From Cycas panzhihuaensis (Eukaryota > Plantae > Cycadophyta): a DNA stretch of 64,000 nucleotides. The position numbers and the translations under genes are program-made. Position 1 is the first letter of the stretch. Every line of letters begins with the position of its first letter. Below, one piece after another: positions 12,701 through 25,297 of this stretch. The stretch covers positions 88,357,741 to 88,421,740 of the forward strand of contig CM041465.1 in NCBI GenBank assembly GCA_023213395.1. Direction: 5' to 3'. Below the pieces are notes generated by a model. That model was not told the origin of the DNA. It saw nothing but the letters and a program-made list of their open reading frames with translations, and made no database searches.

Positions 12701-13855
12701 GTACCAGACAATCAACTTTAGCATCTGACATAGGTTTTCCAGCAAAGGCTAGACTATCTCCGATTTTCAACAATTTGGTGATGAAATCAATAACCTATTT
12801 GCCCTCCCATAAATGTAGCTGGTAAAGCTATTCTTTTAAGGAAATAATATGGGCTTCGTTTTTTTGGCTAAATATGGAAGCTAGGGCTTTCTATGCTTCG
12901 ACAGAGGTAGAGGCTTCGCTAATGCAAGTCAAAATTGAGTCACTAATGGAAAGGGTGACTATTGCTAAAGCTTACCTGTCCCTTTCTTCCCAGCTAATTT
13001 TTGTTGTATCCCTTGTGGTTGGTTTTGCTTCTTTTCCAGTGACTATTTCCCATGTATTTTTTGCAATTAGGAGTCCCTTCATTTTAATTTTCCATGCAGC
13101 ATAGTTTAAGTCTGTCAGCTTATCTAACTCACCCAATGAATAGATTGAAACCATTTTGAAATTTTAGAAGACAAGAATAGTGTCTAGACCTTTTTGAATG
13201 GTTGTTACAAATCTAGTCCGTACAGTCATATGCATGTACGGTCAAAAGTACAAATGTATGAAATACAATGAAACTCCCTCAAATCGTAGATAACTAGGTC
13301 ATACACATGGATCTGAAATCAGTTTTACAAATGGAGTTCCAGACAAGTAGAAAAATGGCTTTAAAAGCAAAGGGGTGGTTAGGGTTTAAACTACGATTTT
13401 GCTTATAACTTACAAAATCTTGAACCAAATCTTGCAAACTCATATTCAATAGAAACCTTCTAACAAAAGGAATGTTCTGACTACACTTACATGACCTAAG
13501 ACTAAAAAATCTAAAAGAAATCTACTTTGCAAGCTTTAAATTTGCATGGTTGTTTTCCTCTATTTTCCCACTTAACAAAGCTGAATATACAAAAGTGTTT
13601 TTGGAATAGCAAACTCTACTCGATGAGAAGTCCTTGCCAATAAATTTTTGTCTCAATATGAGCACTTCAAAAATTTGTTCGTACAAACCTTTATGGATCT
13701 GTACAACGTCATATGATTTCGACTGGTACTTGATCTCATTCTTCCTTCTTTAGATTTTTGTCTTCTTGCTTCCTCACTTGATTTAATCTTCTTATGCCTT
13801 CTCAATCTGATCTTATTTTGCCCTAACTCAGTCTATGAGACCTACTCTGATACCA

Positions 13856-14086
13856 TGATAGAAAAATGAACTAAATAGAATTGAAGAGAATGAAACTGAA
13901 TTCTTCATTGATTTGATATGAGAGATGTACTCTCTTATATACAAGTATTTTACATAATCAATACATACATAAACGACAAGTGTCAATATGAGTGACAAGT
14001 TTCCATAGAATACAAAGAGGGGACCATGACATCTAAGCCTTAATTTACACAAAGTTTCCTTAGGATAAAACATTAATATTCTAACA
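13856..14086 (-). repeat. copia 5' LTR
   Basis: TG...CA termini; PBS adjacent. Confidence 0.93.
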
Positions 14087-15175
14087 GAAACTATCACATA
14101 TAACCACTTGAAATGATTGTCTCTAAACCAAGATTCCAATAGTTCAGACAAAATCAAATGTTGACACTTATCACAGAAATTATTGTGAAAAATGCATAGG
14201 TACGCCCTTTGAAAAATGAAACTAGAAAAAAAAATATTAAGCCTTAAGCCCCTTTTTTCTCCTCAGCCTTGGTCAAATACGCCTCTTCACAGGACTAGCT
14301 ATATGCCCTAAGCTCTTTTCCCTTCATTCGTGCTTTTTTTCCCTTCCTTCATATGGCCACTTGGTGTCTGCCTATGGGGATTATCACAGGTGATGAGTGC
14401 CCATTTATCACAATAGCTCGGTGTGCTACCAAGGAGCGTCCACACAAGCTTGGGGTTTCTCACAGGACCCCTCGGAATTCCCTGTCGCTCATCTCGAACA
14501 AATGATACGTTGTAGATCATCCTCGAATGAATAATACGTCATAGATCATCTCAAATGAATACTTCATCCTTTACTCTCTCCCGTGGATGAATTTCCTAAA
14601 TGAACAATTCTCCACTCTTCAGTTTCCTTTGGGAATGAATGATGATCACAATGAATCGATTTCTACTCTAGCGAGCTCTAGCATGCCAATCACCTCTGCC
14701 TCTCTGCGGTCTTTGACAATTAGCACTACCTTCAACAACACATTGTCATTCATCTCATTTCCCTAGTGACTTGACTATCCCTAATCGCAAAACCTCCACC
14801 ATTGGAACCAATGAATAGCCTACGCACGACCTTCACACATTGAACTGTCGGTAGCGAACCACAAACTATGAATTTTGCTTCTGATCAATACAACGACCAT
14901 GATAAAAAATAACCTAAGCAGCCAACAACTCAATAGGATGACTTAAAACACCTTGACGCTAAACGAACCATGGCATGGGTTGAGTAAAACCACGAACAAT
15001 AGGTGAAAGTCCCATCTTAATGTTAATTCTGTCCACTATAATGTATCGATCCCACACTGATATCTCTGTGCAATATAATGCAATTATCTCCTAATGATTT
15101 ATCTCAATGCTGACAATGGGTAGCGATTATCGATTAATCTTCTTCTCTTAGATTTTGCCTAACTTTGATACCAGT

Positions 15176-15739
15176 TGTAGTGGGCCCAATTCTCAAACCG
15201 CAAATAGAGATAGTATCTCCAGCAAATAATAATAATATTCAGAGATTCACCACAAATTTCATGCATTTAACAATACTAATTCTCCACAGAGGTAATATTT
15301 CCAACAAATAACATATATTTATAGCACATAATTCTTCATAAAATATCACTCACTAGGCATCGTTCAACTATCCATGTAATATTGATAAATAACAAAGAAA
15401 ATGAAATGATAATAAATTAATAGCGAGAACGATGTAATATCCGATGGTTGTAGCCCTAATTGAGTGAGAGCAATCCTCCAATTTGGCACGGATGTGCCCT
15501 AATGGTACGAGACCATTATCCCAAGTACAATAAATCCTCCCAAAATGTTTTACAAATGATCAAGGTTGTTCTATTTGTAGTCTTTATTTTCTCTCCAAAA
15601 ACCAACTCCTAATTCTCTCTCCAAAAGCCCGATTTCATAATAAAATATATTAATTGACTCTCTTTAATCCTCTTAAAAACTAACTTCATAATAATATAGA
15701 AAACCAACTTTCTTCTATATTTTCTTTGGGAACGCTACA
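15176..15739 (-). repeat. 5' LTR (564 bp)
   Basis: Matches 3358-3922; PBS adjacent. Confidence 0.92.
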
Positions 15740-16326
15740 TATATCAATTCTGCGAACAACAAGGAGGGATGTCGAAAGAGATGGGTAGTCACTTGCTCAA
15801 TCTATTGTGTCATGTTTATGGCCAAAAACTCTGACCAATTTAATTGTACCCCATCACGGATTTGAGGTAGTACTGGCATCATACCTCTTGGAATATATAT
15901 ATATACATATATTTGCTTGGATAGAAATCGAGTAACTATCACTTTGGCCACCCATTAAAGTCTCGCATCTCAGATGTCAATAACTGAGATTCCTCCCAAG
16001 AATATATGTGTGTTTTCTTTGCATAACTCTCTGAGCCAAGTCTCGTGGTCCACCTTCGACCATTTCATGGAAGTTGGGGCATTCCCCTCCTTGGGAAGTC
16101 CAGTAATGGTATGAATAATATCAACATCCAACTAAATTCATTTGATATTCTTCTTCAATTCCATCAAGATGCTCTTCATCAAGTCTTTGTCCTAATACAA
16201 TGGAGCCACATGAATATACTCTCACCATCCTACCTGTTTGACCTTAGTTTTGAATGCAATTGGAAATCCATCAAATTCTACTTTCAAGTTAGGCAAATAA
16301 TTTTCTTGGCATCCTACAATCTTCAT
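15740..16326 (-). pseudogene. Accessory (env-position) ORF, N-terminal part; continues at 3357-2830
   Basis: MKIVGCQENYLPNLKVEF...LDVDIIHTITGLPKEGNAP...DGVQLNWSEFLAINM...LLFAELIY, in sense orientation downstream of the integrase, with several stops. Confidence 0.6.
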
Positions 16327-17009
16327 TTTGGTCACTAATGGAAAAATAGGAAGTAGTACTTATGACTAACAAGAGGAATAAGTAGGGTTTTTGCACTTCA
16401 AACCTTAATATGTTTTGTGCATTTGTTGGAAGAACATATGGTTGTTTTGTCATAGAAATTGCTATTATTGCCACTGGAACGCGCTCTTCGATTGACACTT
16501 GTCGCTTTAGAACTTGATCTCGTTGAAATGAGGTTTAATTTTGGTGATTTGGCACTTATTGCTACTCATTTTCATTGTGTTCTGCATCGGATTGTTTATA
16601 GGAACGTATAGTTGTTTCTATTACTTTGCGTTCCTCTGTTATGTGTGTTCCTGATATAGTTCCTTTATGGAATGTATAGTGTATTTTGGAGGAATGTATA
16701 CTTAAAATCTATCTTTTTTGGTAATTTTTTTAGTGATGATTCATTCTATCTTGAATTTCTTATTTTTTCTTTATGTATTTATTTTTCATCATCATTTATC
16801 TTCTTTTCTTTTTCTTTTTTAATTATTATTTTTCCATTTTGTATATTGTCATATTGCTTCAGTGTATGATAGGAGTTATAGTGATTTTTTTCATTTTTAT
16901 GTACCAGACTGGAATCACATTCTGATACTGAGACAACCTTGATTGTCTCTAGTGTTAAGCAACACGTATGATACAACCAGTCGATTCCCTTGATGAACTT
17001 GGTGTACCC

Positions 17010-18170
17010 TAGTTGTGATAGTGTTTCAACCGACTACCATTGACCAACGTTGGCAACTGTGGTCCATCAATCTTTCTCAGCGTAACTGGGCCATTATCAA
17101 AAATTTTCTCGGTAATTAATGGCCCTAACCACCACATCTTCAATTTTTTGCGGTGCGTACAAAATTTGCTATCGTACTACAGAACATGCTCTCCTTCCCA
17201 GAACTAAGGTGTTTTCAGATGGTGATTGTACCATGCTTTGTGCCTCATTTTTTCAATGTTTTACAACCATTTTGCCCTGTGTCTTGTTTCTTCAAGATGC
17301 AATAACTGTCGTAGTCGCTCTTGAAGTCGTCTAGTCGACAAGCCATGGTAACTCTCAGGTTAGGTATCGCGAACTCAATTGGGAGAATAGCCCCCATTCC
17401 GTACACCAACTGGAATGGTGTCTATTTGGTTGTCCTTTTGAATGTGGTTATGAAAGCCCAAAGGACTAATGGTAGTTTTTCTACCCAATCAATTTTACCA
17501 ACATCATATATTTTCTTAAGGCAATTCCCAATGATTTTATTTGAGCTTTCGGCTTGTCCATTCGCTCAGGAATAGTAGGATGTCAATTTTTGATGGATGA
17601 TCGCAAATTTTGATGTTAATGTTTCCATCACTTGATTCAGAAAATGTGCACCTTGATCATTTACAATCTCCAATGGACCACCACAACATGTGATGAGTAC
17701 TTAGTATAAGAATCTGGTCGTGCTTTCTAAACCTACTTTCCTTAATGGTCTTGCTTCCACCCCCTTGGTCATGTAATCCATGACCATGAGAATGTATCAA
17801 GCCTAAGATCGTCAGGTTGCCAATTTGATAGGCCCAACGAAATCAAGGCCCCATTTCTCGAACAATGACAATGGTAGGATTGGGTTGAGAAGCCGAAAGT
17901 CTTGACAATTTGGCTCCTCTACCCACTGGTAGTAGTTAAACATTTTGATCCAATTCTTAATATCCTCAAACATTGTAGGCCACCAAAATCTCGTTGAAAG
18001 TATTTTTCACCATGTCGCCATCGTTCCCATATGACCTCATGCCACACCTTCATGTGTCTGACTCATGATTTGTTTGATTTTGTGCAGTTTAACACAACGA
18101 GGAAGTACTTCATCAGGGCCAAGACAATACAATCCCCCTTGGATCAACTGCCATGGCTCTACCTTTCAGA
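17010..18170 (-). pseudogene. Gypsy integrase (Athila/Tat-type), decayed
   Basis: Minus-strand motifs FWWPTMFEDIK, FEKWGLDFVGPIK, DYMTKGVEA, VNDQGAHF, ANGQAESSNK, DWVEKLPLVLWAFITTFK..TPFQLVYG, VNGSRLKHYH*. Confidence 0.9.
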
Positions 18171-18175
18171 CAAAA

Positions 18176-19700
18176 TGATGAGTATTTATGTATAGTCTTC
18201 GTGTTATATTCATAATACTCTTTAAGTATCATTTTAAAAGATACTTAAGGAACTTAATTAGTAATTAGGTACACATGTGACACATGTTCTGCATGGAACA
18301 CACGTGTCCTACCTATAACCAACTCAAGCTTGTATAAATACGTAAGTCATTTCTTCAAGAAATCAATGAAGAGAGAAGTTCTTCTTTCCTTCTCCTATTC
18401 TAGTATTCTTGCGCATGCTAAGGCCTAAAGATGCTCGAATCTAAATTCATACCAATTGGTATCAGAGCCTAATTGGTCTCTAGGGATCTTAGCATTAATA
18501 TTTCTCTCTCTTCATTCACTCCTCCTTTAACTTTTGTTTAACTTCTTCTTCTTGACCTATTCTTTTCATCAGCCATAAAGGTTAAGGAAAGTTATCGCAA
18601 CTCCTTTACTTCTTTATTTATTTCCACGGAGACTCAAACCCTAGTTGACCGACATCCTGTCCAACATATTTGGAGATAGCCACATTGTGGATGGTGTGAA
18701 GGCAGTTTGAAGACACACCTGCTATGAATGGCACTCGAGTTGGTCACAGCAAGAGGAAGTCACAAAAGTCAACTTCAACTTTTGATTGGTCGAAGTGCAG
18801 GGTCAACTCCTTCAATTCAATATGGAATTTCAAGTATGCCTATTGCTAAAAAAACCTATTCAAGTAAGGATAACATCTCTGCTAACTCTGAGGCATATTA
18901 CTCAAAGATCAAGGATCTGTATGCATTCAAGGAGATACAATAGCCCCAAGGTATCATCCTTCAGTGATAGTGAAGAAGCACCTAGCAATCCAAAAGCAGA
19001 TGCCATGTTCATCCCAAGGGAGAATCCAAGGGCACTTATTATTCGACAGCTCGATCAATCTCCTTTGATCCCTAATGCATAGAAACAAGCATCAAACATG
19101 AAGGAAATGGCAATACCTCTTCATGATAATGCAGCAGTGCAAATCGATATATGACCAAAGAGAGTACAGTAGCTCCAACCACCGATTTGCATCTTCACTA
19201 GCGATGGCAATTGCGGCCTACAATATCGTTATATCACGGGAATGGTTTCCTTCGTTGCTAACTGTTGTTGCATGGCTACTTGTTGCTCTACCATCTGGCA
19301 GTGCCTGTGTTGGTCCTCTTGCGTGTCTTTCGCACCAAGGACAAGACCACGAGACAGAAGAACAAGATCGCCATAACTAACAACAAAGCACAAGGATATC
19401 ACCGTCAGTTCTTATGAAACAAGAAATGATTGATGCAAACACTAATCAACAGCATAAAGGTCAAATACTACAACCAATCACAGACACGCCATTGGCAATT
19501 AAAGGTGCTTCTCATGAAGCTCCTTCTCATGAGTTACTTCTTAATCAGAGACAACACTTGTTACATGGTCAATCACAAACTAAAATTGGTCTACATTTGG
19601 ATCATGTCGGGCAGGTTGTGTAAGCATCAATAGCAACCTCTGGTATATCTTCAAACAACCTACTCAAGGACATGCATCCTTCAATATCATTCTAAGGCAC
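18176..19700 (+). mobile_element. 5' end of an unclassified LTR element (LTR ~18176-18454 plus PBS), 3'-truncated
   Basis: Abrupt end of the minus-strand integrase at TGATG; CACGTG G-box, TATAAATA near 18333, CA end at 18454, PBS TGGTATCAGAGCC at 18457-18469. No second LTR found. Confidence 0.6.
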
Positions 19701-19702
19701 AT

Positions 19703-19708
<6 letters not shown>

Positions 19709-19742
<34 letters not shown>

Positions 19743-19768
19743 TTTTTGTATGCACACACACACACACA
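19709..19768. repeat. (TG)14 and (CA)8 microsatellites in inverted arrangement
   Basis: Read directly: 19709-19736 and 19753-19768. Confidence 0.95.
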
Positions 19769-19825
19769 AAAGTGTTTTTATTTTTATTTACAAAGTTGTT
19801 TAATGTATCATTGCATATTTGTTTA

Positions 19826-20325
19826 AGGTGCATTCCCTTACTAAGTTTGGCCAACTTAATACCCACCCTATGCCCAACATCAAATTGCAATATTAAGTAT
19901 CTATTATGGACAACTTCAAAGTTCAGTACAAAGCATTTATTCTGGGTTACTTTGGTCACTATTTTGGTCAACGTTTGGATGTAGGTTATGGCCACCTACA
20001 TATAGGGCTTTTTTGGCCTCAATAGGATCATCAGTTTTGGATTCTAAACCATCATATTGTCAGCCCTAAGAAGTGGATTTTGGGAGGACAACTTGCCTCG
20101 AAACGAGTACCTTTTACTCTAATTATTTACTGTAAGTTTTAGCATCATTTGTACAATTATTATTGTGTTATTTCACTTGATATTGAGTTGGATTGATGTT
20201 ATAAAGCAATGGGTGTCATAATTTCTTCTCAGTATTTTTTTTTATTGCTTGATTTCCTATGCAAACATCTTGTGTGTGTGAAAACTATCTATGGTTGAGG
20301 TGTAAATTCACTAAGAGTTCCCACA
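19826..20325 (+). repeat. gypsy 5' LTR
   Basis: Similar to 29716-30102; ends CCCACA, then PBS. Confidence 0.85.
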
Positions 20326-23300
20326 AGTGGTATCAAAGCCTTATGATAAAGGTCTTGATCTGATAGCTATATGCCGCAAAACAACCGCCCAATAGCAAAT
20401 TTCAAGAGTATCTTAGTGCAAAAGGGACCCAAAAATTTTTTCCCATAACAAGTTTAGGATCTGGGAAGACACTTGCAACCAGCAAAATGGTGAATCAACA
20501 GTTGGCATTAGTAGATGGCATGGCTCAAAGAATAGATACTTTAAACGATGAAATGGTTAATATACGAAATTATATATAAACTCAACTCAACAAAATGAGG
20601 GTAGAGATAAGGAACGATGTAGCAACTCAACTCAACAAAATGAGGATAGAAATAGGACTTCAAAGCAACAGAGAGAAATTTGACTTCATATATAAATCCA
20701 TACAAGGATAATGCCAAAAATTAGGTGGCCACATCGACGACTCCAAACCCTCCAAAACGGAAAGGAGAAGACAAGCAAGGTAGACCCAACCATAGCCTCA
20801 AGGATTCCAAATTCCTTTTGGAAAAAATCAACCCAAAGAAATCGAAGGGCATTTAGAGCTAGATAATCCAAATGGATATGTGCTTTCAAATGAATCTAGG
20901 AACAGAGGGGGACAAAGTCATTGCAACATCCCTTCAGTTATGTAGGAAGGCACTTAATGATTCCACTAGTGGAATAATGAATATCAAGGGACGGCGCATT
21001 ACAATTGGGACTTCCTAAAGACATCTCTAATAGAGCAATACGAGAACACCTGGAACACGGACCATTTTGCCCAATCTATGTGATTACAATAGATTGGTTC
21101 AATGAAGGCCTACGCAAACCAATTTTAAAGCCTACAAAGCTTGGTCACCACTTAAGTCAAACCCAAACTACTATTGGAATCATACATTGTAGGGCATAAA
21201 TGGACTATTAAGTTTTGCTTGAAAACATTAAGAGTTTAGACCCTAAGAGAAACAATTTGCAAGGTAAGGAATATTGAAGCTAAATTCCAAGAAGCCAAGC
21301 AGAGTTAGGTTCATCCTAATAAACCTCTTATATATCAGGGTCAAAGTAGTCAACCTAACTGGTGCCACTCAGGCACGAAAGTCAAGCCTGGAATTTCGAA
21401 GGAGAAGGAAAATGGACTAACTAGAAATAAACTATCCGAGGTTGAACATCTAAGAAGAGGGATGTGCTTTGATTGTAATGGGAAATGGAGCCGTGATCAC
21501 AGGTGTCTAGCCAAAAAGGTATTTATGATCTGTAATGTAAGACATGGATCTTCCGACACAAATGATTCTGCAAAAAAATAATTGCCAATCGATGATAAAG
21601 CAAAAATTAAGGAGTTACTTAATGAGGCCAATGCTGAAAATGTACAAATATCATTGCAGGCCATTATAGGAGAGATCAACACCCCCCAAATGCTTTGATT
21701 CAAAGGGATGATCAAAATTGCAAAAATAGCAGTTCTTGTGAATAGTGGTGACACTCATAACTTCATCAATAGGCCTACAACAACTAAGTTAGGTCTTCAA
21801 AGGAAACCACTCAAGCAATTCCAAGTCACAATCGCTAACGGGAAAAGCATGCCATGTGGAGGGTTTTGCGATAAAGTGCACTTACAAATAGCATATTACT
21901 TCATCAATTCTAGCATGTTCTCTATGTCAATAAGAGTCATTAGCATAGTTCTTGGCATCCAATGGTCATAGAATCTCAAGAATATCATTACCAACTATAA
22001 GACACGCTTTAGGAGTTTCTTCCAAAAGGGACACAAGTATAAGTTGCAAGCACTAACCACACCACCAACACAACTAATAACATTGCACTAAACAGAGAAG
22101 CTATTAAAGAAAAATACAACCATGTATTTGATGACATGCTATAAAATTTCAATAGAGGACATCCCAGAGGAGGTACAAAATCTCATCAACCAACACAATG
22201 AGGTTTTAAAGACCCACCTCAAGGGCTACCACCAAGCTAAAGGTGCAAGCATAACATCAATTTAGTACCGAGAGCCACACCGATAAATATCCAACCATAT
22301 CAAAATCCATATCACTTCAAACGAGAGATCAAGCGAATTACCCAAAAACTCTTGCAGCAAGGGTACACTACCCCCAATTCTAGCTCTTTTGCATCTTCAG
22401 TTATCTTAAGTCAAAAGAAGGATGGGTCATACCATATGTGGGTGGACTACATAGGACTCAATAAGTTGACAGTCAAGAATAGGTATCAAATTCCCAAAAT
22501 AGATGACCTACTCAATGAGCTACATGAAGCTCAATATTTTTCTAAAATAGATCTATGTTCAGGATATTACCAAATCCATATTAAGGCAGAAAACGAATAC
22601 AAGATAGCATTCTGAACCCACGAAGGGTTATTTCAATTCCATGTCATGCCATTTGGCTTAACCAACGAGCACCATGAGCAATGTACTAAAACCCTTTTTA
22701 CGCAAGTTTGTGTTGGTATTCTTTGATGACCTTCTGATTTATAGCAAAATTTGGGAGGAGCATTTAGAGCATCTTAAAGTAGTACTACAAATATTGGAAA
22801 ACAATTAGTTCTTTGGGAACAAAGTCAAATGTGCTTTTGGGAAAACGAAACATGAGTATCTTGGGCACATAATCACATAGGAGGGTGTCAAAATGGACCC
22901 CAAAAAGGTCCAAGCAATTATAGATTGACCCACACTAAAAAACATAGTCGGGATAAGGAGCTTTTTAGGAACTGCAAGTTTTCTACGTCATTTCACTAAA
23001 GGATATGCCAACATAGCAGCACTATTAACTGATCTAACGAAGGAGGAGGCATCCACTTGGAGCCAACCTCCCAGAGAGAACTTTCAAGGTTTGAAAGCAA
23101 CAATGCCGATAGCCCCAATCCTCGCAACACCAAATTTCAATTGCCCATCTGTTTTCGAATGCGATGCTTCAAGAATAGGACGAGTTGTACCTCTCCAAGA
23201 TGACTGGCCGTTAGTATATGAAAGTCATAAATTGAATACAAGGGAATGACTAAAACCTATTTACGACAAAGAGATGCTAGCAATAATGCGTGCCATACAC

Positions 23301-24876
23301 TAATGGCGACAATACCTACTAGGAAGCAAATTCATAGTCAAGACCAATCACGACAATATCAAGTACTTCATAAATCAAAAAATATTGTCAAATGAACAAC
23401 AAAAGTGGGTAAGTAAACTCTAGACGTTTGATTTCAATATTGTTTACAAAAAAGAACTGGAAAATGTTCCTACAGATGCTTTATTGCGAATCCCAAAAAC
23501 ATCTCCTTACAAAAAATCTCCATGGCTACTCCAAGTTGGATTCACAAGCTAACCTAGGAATATCTAAACAATCTAATAACCTAGAAAATGCTACAAGAAG
23601 CTCACATTGAAGAAAAGACTAAGTACAAACTCAAGGGTGGTCTGATTCTACAAAAAGGAAAGATTGTTGTACCAACTATGTCTACATTCAAGGATAAAAT
23701 TCTTCACCAAGCACATTCCACTCCAATGACAAGACATGTCAAGATCGACAAGACATATCACAATATTTGCAATATTTTTTATTGGAAGGGAATGAAAGCA
23801 AGTACTTACAAGTTTGTCTTGAAATGCGATGTGTGTCAAAGGAACAAGAATGAGAGAATCAAAATCCCCAAGTTGCTTCAGTGCTTACACATATCGCAAC
23901 AAAAATGGGAGGAAATTTCAATGAGTTTTATAATAGGGCTTCCCAAGTCAGAAAACAAGGACACAATCTTCATCGTGGTTGACCATTTAATCAAATATAC
24001 CCATTTCAAAGGAACCCAAGCAATAGGAAAAGCAAGTCAAATTGTTGAACTCTTCATCAAAGAAATTTACAGCCTACATGGATTCTAAAAACTCATCGTC
24101 AGCAATCGTAACTCCAAATTCACAAGCAATTTTTGGCAAGAACTACTCAAACAAGCTAGCACAAAATTTTCCATGACCACCGCTTATCATCCATAGACCG
24201 ATAGTCAAACCAAGGTAGTAAATAAATGTCTTGAAGGGTATCTACATAATTTTACATCTGACAAATAACAACAATGGCACAATTGGCTTCACCTGAATGA
24301 ATGGTGGCACAATACCACTTACCATACATCAACCAAGATGACCTCTTTCCAAGCATTATATGGTTTCAAACCCCCTTCACTTCTCACGTGGGCTAACACC
24401 TCACAAATTCAATATGTACAAGAACAACAAGAGCAAATGGAGTCAACAGTGTAAATACTCAAGAACAATCTCAATTTAGCCAAATTTTGGGTGAAATAAG
24501 AAGCTAATTTATGCAAAATAGAAAGATCATTCGAAGCAAGCAATTGGGTGTTTTTGAGGCTTCAACCATATAAACAAACCACTATGAAACAACTAAGCAA
24601 ATTCAAATTACAATCTTGATTTTTGGGTCTATACCAAATTTTAGACAAGGTGGGTGAAGTAGCATACTAACTTGACTCGCCTCAAACCAGTCACATCCAT
24701 AACATCTTCCATGTCTCTTACCTCAAATGTAAGATAGGACCAACTACCGTCCCACAAACAAAATTACTCGTGTTGAATGAAGAAGGAAAAATGATACTAG
24801 AACTGGAAGGCATCTTACAGATATGAACTAAGAAACTACACTCCAAAGAAATCCGTGAGTACTTGATTAAATAGAA

Positions 24877-25297
24877 TATTAGTGATAGTTAACTTAGGTT
24901 AACTATACACTTAATGCTTCATTAGGGGATAGTTATCGTGTGCAGGTGTGATAGAGAGATGCATCCTTATGCGAACAGGAACGATAAAGAGTCGAGACCA
25001 TATGGGAAATAATATGATACCATTTTAGGGTATATTTATATGTAACCCCTTGGTATTCCAATCATCAACTCATATCAATGTGATCTCATCAAATTTGCTC
25101 ATGTTCTATCTCACCCTTGAAACATTGTGTATTATTTTATTTTAATATATCAAGCATTATGTTGGTGGATTTTCTCTCTCAAGAGTTTCCCATGATAATT
25201 CTAGTGTTTGAATCTCCTTATGCATGTTCCTGGGGTGTAACAGCCACACCTCGGTTGGTTTAACACCCGCAACTTTGCATACACACAAACCTTCACA
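24877..25297 (+). repeat. 5' LTR (421 bp)
   Basis: Direct repeat of 29178-29604; terminal TG mutated to TA. Confidence 0.9.

Larger units (their letters stand above)
5050..13154 (-). pseudogene. copia gag-pol polyprotein, fragmented and interrupted by 5716-9802
   Basis: Gag NYAAWKIKMKGLL and knuckle CYHCGRASHIVAKC; protease WFVDCGVSNHMTG (~12155-12193); integrase LELIHSDICG..TFIDDF; RT at ~9800-10600 and 5500-5710; RNase H tail ANIFTKPLPK. Confidence 0.92.
4795..14086 (-). mobile_element. Ty1/copia LTR retrotransposon, full length but decayed
   Basis: 231-bp LTRs at 4795-5025 and 13856-14086 (about 22 mismatches), TSD GAAAT/GAAAC, PBS TGGTATCAGAGTAGG (13841-13855), PPT at 5026-5034. Domain order gag-PR-INT-RT-RH. 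Confidence 0.95.
3358..15739 (-). mobile_element. Non-autonomous gag-only gypsy-derived LTR element (~3.1 kb without the nested copia)
   Basis: LTR pair 3358-3922 / 15176-15739, TSD TATGT/TATAT, tRNA-iMet-type PBS (TGGTATCAAAG, minus, 15163-15173), G-rich PPT 3927-3957. Gag remnant near 4540-4770 (DMKKWLETIEIIHEFMFDTKIEEYGPVLEMSLDKRACDWFVN*); no pol. Confidence 0.88.
2084..18175 (-). mobile_element. Old non-chromovirus gypsy (Athila/Tat-type) 3' half; host segments 2084-3357 and 15740-18175, split by a nested insertion
   Basis: Integrase at 17010-18170 and a downstream accessory frame that reads across the 15740/3357 junction. Possible PPT/3' LTR start near 2726-2736 (weak). Confidence 0.7.

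Noticed and set aside
19702-19995. ORFs containing VCVCVC / THTHTH
   Set aside because: Translations of the microsatellites and LTR sequence.
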